From: Isurus oxyrinchus
Lineage: Eukaryota
Direction of reading: 5' to 3'
DNA length: 64,000 nucleotides
NCBI GenBank assembly: GCA_026770705.1
Contig: JANJGN010001343.1
Coordinates: 62,001-126,000, forward strand
A model generated the notes under the pieces. The model saw nothing but the letters and a program-made list of their open reading frames with translations. It made no database searches and had not been told where the DNA came from. Numbering within the stretch: the stretch's first letter is position 1; each line of letters opens with the position of its first letter. The position numbers and the translations under genes are program-made. Shown here in pieces: positions 1 through 10,200 of this stretch.

Positions 1-267
1 CTCACATTTTTAAGGAGTGCTGAGCAACATCTGCTCCTTCAGAAGATCCACCTCAACACCTGGAGTGAGCAGTGAAATGAAACTCGCTCAACGACTGCTC
101 AGCTTTACACAGGAATCACGTCATAGAGTCAGGACACAAAGGGTTAACTGTTTGCTTACAACACAACACTAAGGCCCTACATTTCAATGAAAGTGTTTTC
201 ATAATTGTTCCCCAATTCCTCATTTGACTCACAGTGACACATCCACCCTTTCTCATTAAATACACAG

Positions 268-352
268 AGGGAGCAGCACAGGAAGAGGTCATTCAGCCCA
301 AGCAGAGCGTGTGGGCAGTTCCTCCCCAGGCGAGCAGTCGGACAGGTCCTGG
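268..352 (+). other. Conserved 85-nt exon 'X' (5'UTR exon elsewhere; here upstream of cytoplasmic-tail exons)
   Basis: Near-identical to copies ending at 4584, 6724, 21021, 54332 and 58044. Strong donor GG|GTAAGT at 353; possible acceptor tacacag at 261-267. Confidence 0.6.
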
Positions 353-544
353 GTAAGTAACGGAACGATTGGAATTCACTTCCACCACCAACACCGTCCT
401 TTGTTGATGTTGTGACTTTATAAAGACAGATTCCAATGATTGATGCCTTTGAAAGATTTCTACTGATTATTGAGATCTGGGTGTGAGGCTCAAGTCTGTT
501 GTACAGAACATCTTTCTGGTTAAATTGTGCAGACAGGTTACACA

Positions 545-795
545 CAGTCTACGATTATATTCCCTCGGGTCTAGAAGATTAAGGAGGGATCTAACTGAGG
601 GGTTCAAACTGATTAAACACTCGATAGGGTCGATAGAGAGAAGCTATTCCCTCGGGTGGGGGTGGGTGGTGGGTGTCGGGTGGAGTCCAGAACAAGGGGG
701 CTGGAACTTCAGATTGGAGCCAGGCCGTTCAGGGGTGATGTCAGGAAGCACTTCTTCACACAAAGGGGAGTGGAAATCTGGAACTCTCTCCCCAA
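545..795 (+). mobile_element. CR1 LINE 3' ORF2 fragment
   Basis: Translates to LYSLGSRRLRRDLTEGFKLIK...FRGDVRKHFFTQRGVEIWNSLP, the typical CR1 ORF2 C-terminus. Confidence 0.8.
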
Positions 796-863
796 TAATC
801 AAACCCAACACCGAATACACATCATGTTGATTGTCACTCTGTCCATTTCCATCTCTATTACAG

Positions 864-968
864 AAGAGAGGAAAGGGGAAAGCAGGAATCAAATCGAACC
901 ATCGTGTTGATGAACATCGAAGTCCTGTTTATGAAAACTGTGAGCGTGGTTGGGCTTTGAGGAATCAG
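864..968 (+). CDS. Cytoplasmic tail exon A (phase 0-0), KRGKGKAGIKSNHRVDEHRSPVYENCERGWALRNQ
   Basis: Acceptor tttccatctctattacag, donor CAG|GTGAGT, 105 nt open frame with a Tyr motif (VYENC). Homologous to exon B. Confidence 0.7.
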
Positions 969-1100
969 GTGAGTCACACGCCACAGGATCCCCAGTCTCT
1001 CAGCTGCTCCAGTAGCCTGGTTATTGATATGGCTGCTCCAGTCCTGTATCTGCAATGTTTTATACAGTCACTCCCAAACCCAACCAAACTCACACCCAAC

Positions 1101-2151
1101 ACCATTCAGAATCAATAATCAAACCCCGTTCAGAATCAATAATCAAACCCCATTCAGAATCAATAATCAAACCCCATTCAGTATCAATAATCAAACCCCG
1201 TTCAGTATCAATAATCAAACCCCGTTCAGAATCAATAATCAAACCCCGTTCAGAATCAATAATCAAACCCCGATCAGAATCAATAATCAAACCCCGTTCA
1301 GTATCAATAATCAAACCCCATTCAGTATCAATAATCAAACCCCGTTCAGTATCAATAATCAAACCCCGTTCAGAATCAATAATCAAACCCCGTTCAGAAT
1401 CAATAATCAAACCCCGTTCAGAATCAATAATCAAACCCCATTCAGAATCAATAATCAAAACCCATTCAATATCAATAATCAAACCCCATTCAGTATCAAT
1501 AATCAAACCCCGTTCAGAATCAGTATTCACACCCCATTCAGTATCAATAATCAAACCCCATTCAGAATCAATAATCAAACCCCATTCAGAATCAATAATC
1601 AAACCCTGTTCAGAATCAATAATCAAACCCCATTCAGTATCAATAATCAAACCCCGTTCAGTATCAATAATCAAACCCCGTTCAGAATCAATAATCAAAC
1701 CCCATTCAGTATCAATAATCAAACCCCGTTCAGAATCAATAATCAAACCCCTTTCAGTATCAATAATCAAACCCTGTTCAGAATCAATAATTAAACCCCG
1801 TTCAGTATCAATAATCAAACCCCCTTCAGAATCAATAATCAAACCCCGATCAGAATCAATAATCAAATCCCGTCCAGAATCAATAATCAAACCCTGTTCA
1901 GAATCAATAATCAAACCCCGTTCAGAATCCATAATCAAACCCTGTTCAGAATCAATAATCAAACACCGTTCAGAATCAAAAATCACACCCCGTTCATTAT
2001 CAATAAACAAACCCGGTTCAGTATCAATAATCAAACCCCATTCAGAATCAATAATCAAACCGCGTTCAGAATCAATAATCAAACCGCGTTCAGAATCAAT
2101 AATCAAACCCCGTTCAGAATCAATAATCAAACCCTGTTCAGTATCAATAAT
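1101..2151. repeat. 24-bp minisatellite (ttcagaatcaataatcaaaccccg), about 44 copies
   Basis: Visible tandem array; translates as 8-aa repeats such as FRINNQTP and SESIIKPR. Confidence 0.95.
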
Positions 2152-2249
2152 TAATGTATCTATTGTGGGTGGAATTTTCGATTTGGATCAATAATACTAA
2201 ACACTGATCACTCTGATTGTCACACTGATCATTTCTGTTTCTATTACAG

Positions 2250-2366
2250 AAGAAAGATGAGAAGGATCTGGAAATGAAATCTAACCGCGGAGTCAATCCT
2301 GATACAGATGATGATCTTTACGCAAACTGTGAATTTGCTGAGGATTCTGTTTATGGGAATTTATAA
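2250..2366 (+). CDS. Terminal cytoplasmic exon B, KKDEKDLEMKSNRGVNPDTDDDLYANCEFAEDSVYGNL*
   Basis: Acceptor atttctgtttctattacag, phase 0, two Tyr motifs (DLYANC and C-terminal SVYGNL), stop TAA at 2364-2366, AATAAA at 3141. Confidence 0.72.
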   Translation, partial: KKDEKDLEMKSNRGVNPDTDDDLYANCEFAEDSVYGNL

Positions 2367-3419
2367 ACTGAGCAAGAATGAGACACACACAGTGTGGGGA
2401 GAATACAGAATGGGAGAATCATTCAAAACTCCAATTTACCTTCCTAATATCCACAGGAACTCACTCCCAGGAAATAGATTTAAACCTCTTGTTACAATCT
2501 GATGGAATTTCTTCGGAATGATCTATCCATGATGATTGTCTGTGGGTTTCAATTTGAACATCATCCTTCAGAATTGTCCCTCACTGTTGGAAACATCCTT
2601 CTCTCCATTCTGATTGTAAATGTCTTTAGATATCGTTCGATGATGTACCAGGACAGAACGGACAAATTCAATCCCGTGTCCGTGATTATGAGTTAATTTT
2701 CATTCTGTTATTCACCTTCCTGTCTGTCAGTGTTTACAGAATATTCATCAGCCAGTGTAGACTTCAGGAAATGCAGGATCGGTGGATAATTGGAGCAGAG
2801 GAGATTGGCAAAATTTACTCAGCATTTTGTAATCAAATGTATTTTCAGATATATATTTGGATTTTACACTTCATCGTTAAACCGCAAAACTAACAGCAAT
2901 CCCAGAAACAGGGAAACAATTTGTTTGGAGATTTGAGAAATTCTCTGCAGCTCAGAGGATAACAGATGTGCTACAGTGCCACCACTGATGGGAGGACATC
3001 ATTTCAGCGTGACATGTTTACATTGATGTTGCCAATGAACATTGGAAATTATGATGTGAAAAATTGGTTGCAGGTTTATCTTCTTCAATATGTCATTGGA
3101 TGGATGAGACAGCTTTGATAACAGAATGAGATATAGCTGCAATAAACCACCATTTTAGTCTTTCACACTTGGAGAGTACAATTAGCATCCATCCTGAAGG
3201 CTGAGTGGATGGGTGGACTGTGCGATGTGTTACAGATTACAGAGACCAACATACTCGATCCTGGTTCTGCTCTGTGTTTGATGAGATACTTGGATCAAAG
3301 ATTGGGAAAATAAATAATCCTCCGGCCTTAACCTGTAACTGGTCTCCCCATCTGTCAATGTCCTGAGGACAGAATTGGGTTTGAGGTCCCAAATCAGACG
3401 CATACTTTGACTGCCCATT

Positions 3420-4370
3420 TGAATAGGAACAGGAGGAGGCCATTCAGCCCCCTCGAACCTGCTACACAGGAACAAGAGAGCACCTGAAATAAAAACAGAA
3501 AATGCTGGAGAAACTGAGTAGGTCTGGCAGCATCTGTGGAGAGATAAACGGAATTAACATTTCGAGTCCGTATGACCCTTCTTCAGTGTCTATAAGCAAA
3601 AATTCTGTTTCTCTCTCCACAGCTGCTGCCAGACCGGCTGAGGTAAGGCAGCATTTTCTGTTTTTATTGAAGATTTATAACATCTGCAGTATTTATTTTT
3701 AATGAGAGGAGGACATTCAGCCCCTCGACACTGTTACACAGGAACAGGAGGAGGCCATTCAGTCCCCTCGAGCCTGTTACACAGGAACAGGAGGAGGCCA
3801 TTCAGCCCCATGAGCCTGTTATACAGGAAAAGGAGGAGGCCATTCAGCCCCTCAAGCCTGTTACACAGGAACAGGAGGAAGCCGATTCAGCCCTCGAGCC
3901 TGTTACACAGGAACAGGAGGAGGCCCATTCAGCCCCTCGAGCCTGTTACACAGGAATAGGAGGAGGCCCATTCAGACCTTCGAGCCTCTTACACCAGAAC
4001 GTAAGGACGTCATTTCAGCCCCATGAGCTTGATGAACAGGAACAGGAGGAGGTCCATTAAGCCCCTCAAGTCAGTTACATAGGAACAGGAGAAGTCTCAT
4101 TCAGCCACACAAGCATCTTATATAAGAACATGAGGGGACCCAAACAGCTCCTCAAGCATGTTACACAAGAAGCGGAGTAGGATGTTCATTCAGTCCCATG
4201 AGGCTGTTATACAGGAACAGGAGGAGGCCCATTCAGCCACACAAGCCTCTTACACAAGAACAGGAAGAGGTCCATTCAGCCCCTCAAGCCTGTTACACAG
4301 GAACAGGAGGAGGTCCGTTCAACCCCCTCGAGCTTGTTGCATGTGAACAGTCGATGGGCCTTCAGCCACA
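3420..4370. repeat. ~42-bp minisatellite (gttacacaggaacaggaggaggccattcagcccctcgagcct), derived from CR1 3' end
   Basis: Tandem array, main part 3702-4370. The unit matches the antisense CR1 tails at 29420-29455 and 32835-32870. Confidence 0.85.
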
Positions 4371-4379
4371 TTCTTGGCA

Positions 4380-4584
4380 CGCAAAGGGTTAACAGTTTTC
4401 TAACTGTGCGAGGCAAAGAGATGCTTTCTAACTTGGTACTAACCACTTCCTCATTTTGTCTCACAGAGACACATCAACCCTTTCTAATTAAACACAAATA
4501 GGGAGCAGCACAGGAAGAGGTCATTCAGCCCAAGCAGAGCGTGTGGGCAGTTCCTCCCCAGGCGAGCAGTCGGACAGGTCCTGG
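4380..4584 (+). promoter_or_regulatory. Putative promoter and non-coding first exon, cassette 1
   Basis: PU.1/ETS-type site cacttcctcatttt (reverse complement AAAATGAGGAAGTG) at 4444-4457, further GGAA cores, donor at 4585. A leader exon follows 410 nt downstream. Confidence 0.55.
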
Positions 4585-5027
4585 GTAAGTAACGGAACGA
4601 TTGGAATTCACTTCCACCACCAACATCGTCCTTTGTTGACGTTGTGACTTTATAAAGACAGATTCCAATGATTGATGCCTTTGAAAGATTTCTACTGGTT
4701 ATTGAGATCTGGGTGTGAGACTCAAGTCTGTTGTACAGAACATCTTTCTAGCTCAAGGGATGAGGGAAGAGCAGGGACATGAGCTTTGGGGTGTCCTAAG
4801 CAGGTGAAAGGCGATATAGAAATGCAAGTCCTTCATTGTTTTACTTTCTTAAAGCCTTGTAACTATCTGCAGAGCACCTATCATCCCACAGAGAATGAAA
4901 TTAGTCTCTGAAGACATTGTCTAAAAGCAGTTCTGATCTCTCGAGAGGTGTCGGTCAAGAGGTGAGGTCTCATTAACTCCTTTCTCTTTCACAGCTTGAG
5001 AACCAATGAAATACCTGGGAGTGGACA

Positions 5028-5067
5028 ATGATCGGGAAATCTTACTTCCTCCTGTCACTTCTCCAAG
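5028..5067 (+). CDS. Signal-peptide (leader) exon copy 1, MIGKSYFLLSLLQ, phase 1
   Basis: Acceptor tttctctttcacag at 4994, ATG in acaATGa context, hydrophobic core, donor G|GTAATA. Phase-compatible with the V exons. Confidence 0.7.
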
Positions 5068-5852
5068 GTAATATCATTGTCAGCTCGGACAGATTTATGG
5101 CTAATCATCTTTGTAAAACATAATTCTTATTGAGCTGTGATTGGGAACAGATTCAGCAGTGAGCCAGTGTACAATCTCACACCAAGTCCCATTCACCCAT
5201 CACCCCTGTGCTCACTGATATACACTGACTCCCTGTCTGACAGCAGAATTGGAGGAGAGCAGAGGACTTTGAGGTTTGCATGGTTGGAGGAGAAAGTGAT
5301 TGGAGAAGAGGAATGGAGGGAATGGAAATTGAGGATGAGAGTCTTAAACTCGAGGCTCTGCTGGACTGGGAGCCAGTGCAGGTCAGCGAGTGGCGGAGGG
5401 TGTGAGGTGCTGAGTTGAGAAACAGTGATAAATACTGGGGGATGAAGTCTATCCTGATGCTTGGACTCCGATAGCAAAGGAATGAAATTTGTGTGTTTTG
5501 CTGATTTTAATCAGAATTTCCCATGAAGACAACACAGCAGCTCCTAGAATAGACAGGCTGTTCAGTGTCACACTTCCTGTCCATTCTCACCTTGCTAGAT
5601 ACTTCAATAAGGGAGCAAGATAACTGAAAGAGAGAAGGAAGGTAAAGCTGTCCGTGTGTAAATGGGTCAATATACAGTTTGTATATTTGTCTTTCTCTCG
5701 ACACATGCAGAGCTCAAGCTAGAGGCGCTTTGTTAGTGTGTTTCACAGTGTCTGCTGGAGTAGGGTCAGTGCTGAGCTTGGGGACAAGTCAGTCTACAAT
5801 GCTGCATCGGAATCAACAATACAACAATATGGGGTTTGGATCAGAAATAATC

Positions 5853-6035
5853 CCTTAGACAATGAGGATCCAAAGAGATTCCATAGACAATGAGGATCCA
5901 AAGAGATTCCTTAGACAATGAGGATCCAAAGAGATTCCTTAAACAATGAGGATCCAAAAAGATTCCTTAGACAATGAGGATCCAAAGAGATTCCTCAGAC
6001 AATGTGGATCCAAAGAGATTCCTTAGACAATGAAC
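5853..6035. repeat. 28-bp minisatellite (ttagacaatgaggatccaaagagattcc), about 6.5 copies
   Basis: Visible tandem array. Confidence 0.9.
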
Positions 6036-6175
6036 ATACAAAGTGCACCAATCAGATTGAATCAGATTAACCAATCAGCTGTGTTGAGGAGCAGACAGAA
6101 ATTAGTGATTCATGACGGTGATAATGGCGGGAGTTCTGAGGGCTCCTAATCCATTGTCCTGTCTTGTAAATCAGC

Positions 6176-6355
6176 ACCTTAATACTGACCCTCCAACAGT
6201 GCAGCACTCCCTCAGTACTGATCCTCCAACATTGCAGCACTCCCTGATTAATGTCCCTCTGACACTGCAGCACTCCCTCAGTACTGACCTTACAATAGTG
6301 CAACACTCGCTCAGTAATGACCATCCGACAGTGCAGCACTCCCTCAGTACTGACA
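6176..6355 (+). repeat. 33-bp satellite (ctgaccctctgacagtgcagcactccctcagta)
   Basis: Tandem units of the same family as the larger arrays in this window. Confidence 0.85.
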
Positions 6356-6509
6356 CTGGGGAGTTTCAGTCTACTCTGTGGGGCAGACATCCCCTGAATG
6401 GGGTCTTGAACCCCACAACATTCTGACCCCCTGAATTTGGCTGTGAAACCCACTGACCCACAGGAGAAATTCCTGGTCAATGACTGTCCACCTGTGAGCA
6501 GAAATATCA

Positions 6510-6724
6510 CCACAGGGTCAGGACACAAAGGGTTAACAGTTCACCAACATCTCAAAACATGAGCTGCTCTGTCACTTTAATCCAACTTCCTCATTTTGAC
6601 TCACAGAGACACATCCACCCTTTCTAATTAAACACACAGAGGGAGCAGCACAGGAAGAGGTCATTCAGCCCAAGCAGAGCGTGTGGGCAGTTCCTCCCCA
6701 GGCGAGCAGTCGGACAGGTCCTGG
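6510..6724 (+). promoter_or_regulatory. Putative promoter and non-coding first exon of gene A
   Basis: acttcctcatttt ETS/PU.1 motif at 6585-6597, exon X copy, donor GTAAGT at 6725. Confidence 0.55.
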
Positions 6725-7174
6725 GTAAGTAACGGAACGATTGGAATTCACTTCCACCACCAACACCATCCTTTGTTGATGTTGTGACTTTATAAAGACA
6801 GATTCCAATGATTGATGCCTTTGAAAGATTTCTACTGATTATTGAGATCTGGGTGTGAGGCTCAGGTCTGTTGTACAGAACATCTTTCTAGCTCAAAGGA
6901 TGAGGGAAGTGCAGGGACATGAGCTTTGGGACATCCTGAGGTGGTGAAAGGTGCTATAGAAATGCAAGTCCTTCATTGATTTATTTTTTTAAAGCTTTTT
7001 AACTCTCTGCAGAGCACCTATCATCCCACAGAGAACCAAATTAGTCTGTGAAGACATTGTCTAAAAGCAGTTCTGATCTCTTGAGAGCTGTCGGACAAGA
7101 GGTGAGGCCTCATTAACTCCTTTCTCTTTCACAGTTTAAGAGTCAGAAGCTAAAGGAATATCTGGGAGTGGACA

Positions 7175-7214
7175 ATGATCGGGAAATCTTACTTCCTCCT
7201 GTCACTTCTCCAAG
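7175..7214 (+). CDS. Leader exon of Siglec-like gene A (MIGKSYFLLSLLQ)
   Basis: Acceptor at 7133-7134, ATG at 7175, phase-1 donor at 7215. Joins V1 to give ...LLQ-VGLS-QEW. Confidence 0.78.
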
Positions 7215-10200
7215 GTAATAACATCGTCAGCTTGGACAGATTTATGGTGAATAGTCTTTGTAAAAGAACATTCTTATTGAGCTCTGATAGGGAACTGATT
7301 CAGCAGTGAGCCAGTGTACAAACTCACACCAAGTCCCATTCACCCATCACCCCTGTGCTCACTGATATACACTGACTCCCTGTCTGACAGCAGAACTGCA
7401 GGACAGCAGAGACCTCAAAGGGTTTCAGGGCTGGAGGAGGTGACAGTGACAGGGAGTGGAGAGGGCGGATGGAGGGATAAGGAATCAATGAAGAGATTTT
7501 GAAAATTGAGTCATTGTTGGACTGGGAGCCAGTGGAGGACAGCGAGTGACAGGGGAGCGATGGGCTGAATAGAGAATCAGGGATAAAAACTGGGGGGTGA
7601 AGTCTATCCTGATGCAAGCACTCCGATGTCAATGCCCTGAAATGTTTCTCTCTTGCTGATTTTCATCAGAATTTCCCATGAAGACAACACAGAAGCTCTT
7701 AGATTAGACAGGCAGTTCAGCGTCACACTTCCTGTCCCTTCTCACCTTGCTAGAAAATTCGATAAGATAGCAAGATAACTGATAGAGAGAAGGGAGGCAA
7801 AGCTGTCTGTATGTAAAACTGTCAAATATTCTGAGTTATCATGATTGTTTCTGATCTGCTGCAGAGTTTATATTTCATTGAAACTTATCACTTTGCAGTT
7901 CAGAGAGAGACCATTGACTCACTGCCTGAAAGGGCGGTGGAAGCAGATTCAACAGGAACTTTCAGAAGGAGAACTGGATAAATACTTGAAGGGGACATTT
8001 TGCAGGGCTGTGGGGGAGAGAGCAGAGGTGAGAGTGGGACGAATTGGACAGATCTTTCAAAGGCCCAGCACAGGCTCGATGGGCCAAATGGCTTCCTTCA
8101 GTTCTGGATCATTCTACAATCCGATAAATTAAATCTCTTATCAGTAACTCTTCAGGCTCCCGCTGCAGGAATGGATCTTTGAGAAGGACAGGGAACAAGC
8201 GGTTTCTCATATCATGTTCATATTTATTGACAGTTACATAAGTGCATGGAACTGTTGAATATTTGACTCTCTAAAGTGTGGATTTAACCTTCTGGTCCAC
8301 CCAGATCTTGTGCTGGTTACCTTGCCTGGAGGTGTCTTTAACTGCTCACAGTGATCTGTGGGATTGTCACCCTTGGATGTTGTTCCTGATTTCATGTGGG
8401 ATCTTCTCCTCGATGGAATAGGAGCGGGAATGGATCTGATTTATCCTCGGTTCCACCTCACCGCTGTGCCCTTGTGTGTTTGACTCCATAGGCCCTTGGT
8501 TCTGAACAAATCCTTGTCACCTCGACTGGTGATCATGAAACTTCTGTGGGATCCTGGATGTGAACTTGTCCCAACTGTAAACTTGGCAACTCTGCACCTC
8601 CATTTTTATCATGAACATTCCTTATCTTCTCTTGTAGTTTTAAAAGTTGCCCTCTGGTTTCTGAGAGAGTAGAATGGGTAAGAGTAGCGAAATTGGTCAC
8701 TACTGGCCCACCAAACATGCTCTCTGTCAGTGATGGAATAAGGTGAGGTGATGGTGTAGTGGTATTGTTGCTAGATGAGTAATTCAGACACCCAGGGTAA
8801 TGTCCTGAGAATATGGGTTCAAATCCGACCATAATAGATGATGGAATTTGAATTTAATAAAAAGATGAAATTCAAAGTCTAGTGATGACCACAAAACCAT
8901 TGTTGGAAATCCCACCTGGTTCACCAGTGCCATTTAGGGAACAAAATTGTCTGGCGGACATGTGACTCCAGACTCCACGTCAATGTGGTTGACTCTTACA
9001 TTAGGGATGGGTAATAAATCCTGGCCTGACCAGTGACTCCCACATCCCATGAATGAATTTAACAAAGTTGCAGTTGTAGGTGTTGATCTCAGATGTAACA
9101 TTGCAATGTGTGGATCTTGCTTGGTCTGTCTACATTTGAGAATTAGGGATTTCACTGTGTGAATCATTCATTCAGCTAGGCTGTTAGATCTGGGGTAATG
9201 AGGAGAAGAAGTAGTGTGATTGATATTCCAGATTATCTGTAATCATGAACCTAGGTTCACCAAATAAACTGAAAATAGTGCTTAGAGTGTGTGCACCAGT
9301 TGTGCTCGGTGTGTTGTGCTATTTTTGAATAATGGGATATCTGGTAAAGCTGTCGACGATGACGATGAAGTCAGTGACATGGACATGAAAGGATTCAGAT
9401 GTGATTTTGGACTAAGAATAGGCAGGAATTTCCTGTGGAATCAATGTTTCTTTGTGTTGATTTGGCTCATCCTCTTGACAAGCCTCGTACTTCCCTACAA
9501 CAACTTCAAGGTCATTGTTCATACCCGGCCAGGGACTGTATCTCTTGTGAGTCTCCTTGTGTGATCTGTGCCCATGTGTGAGGGATGAAGTTGTTGAAGA
9601 ATATAGGATCACAAATGTGCCGGTATGATGCCCTGCCTGCCATTAAAAATGACTCCCTGGGAGATGCCTCGCTTATCTCGATGAGGTCAAGTTGAATCAG
9701 GCCACCCTTTCAATGATATTTCCACAGTTCCTGCAGAATTTTTCACTGTTCCCTCTTGTAGCTGCTGGCATTTCTGTTGTGCTAAATGTACTGGATCAAT
9801 TGACAGACTTGCATTCTCCTGCAGGTGTAATGTAGCAGCTCCCTTGAAACTGACAATACTGTTGAAACTTTCTGCATATTTCAATGTTATGTCCATGAAC
9901 TGAGTTGATGGGGTAGTTTCTGCATTTGACCCATGTGAAGTCTGACAGATTCCATGCATTGTCACTAGTGTGAGGTCACCGCATGCCGGTAGACTTGCAA
10001 TTGCTCAGCCTTTAGTCTCCACGATGTAGAACATCTGTGACACCCAGGAGGATTGATTGTATTTGCACCCCAGGACTATGGATTCTGCACATGGAGTTGA
10101 AGTGTTGTACACAGCAGTAGGTTTCCCCATGGCCTCCCATGTCCTTGGATACATGTCTTTGAAAATTTGCTGGGGTGGGCTGTGGGAGGGGAATGTTGGC

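Noticed and set aside
1024-2194. Long ORFs of 256-379 aa on both strands
   Set aside because: Translations of a largely stop-free 24-bp minisatellite; copy number differs between the duplicates.
8752-8826. tRNA gene
   Set aside because: The A and B boxes belong to a SINE head followed by SINE body and tail; no convincing cloverleaf.
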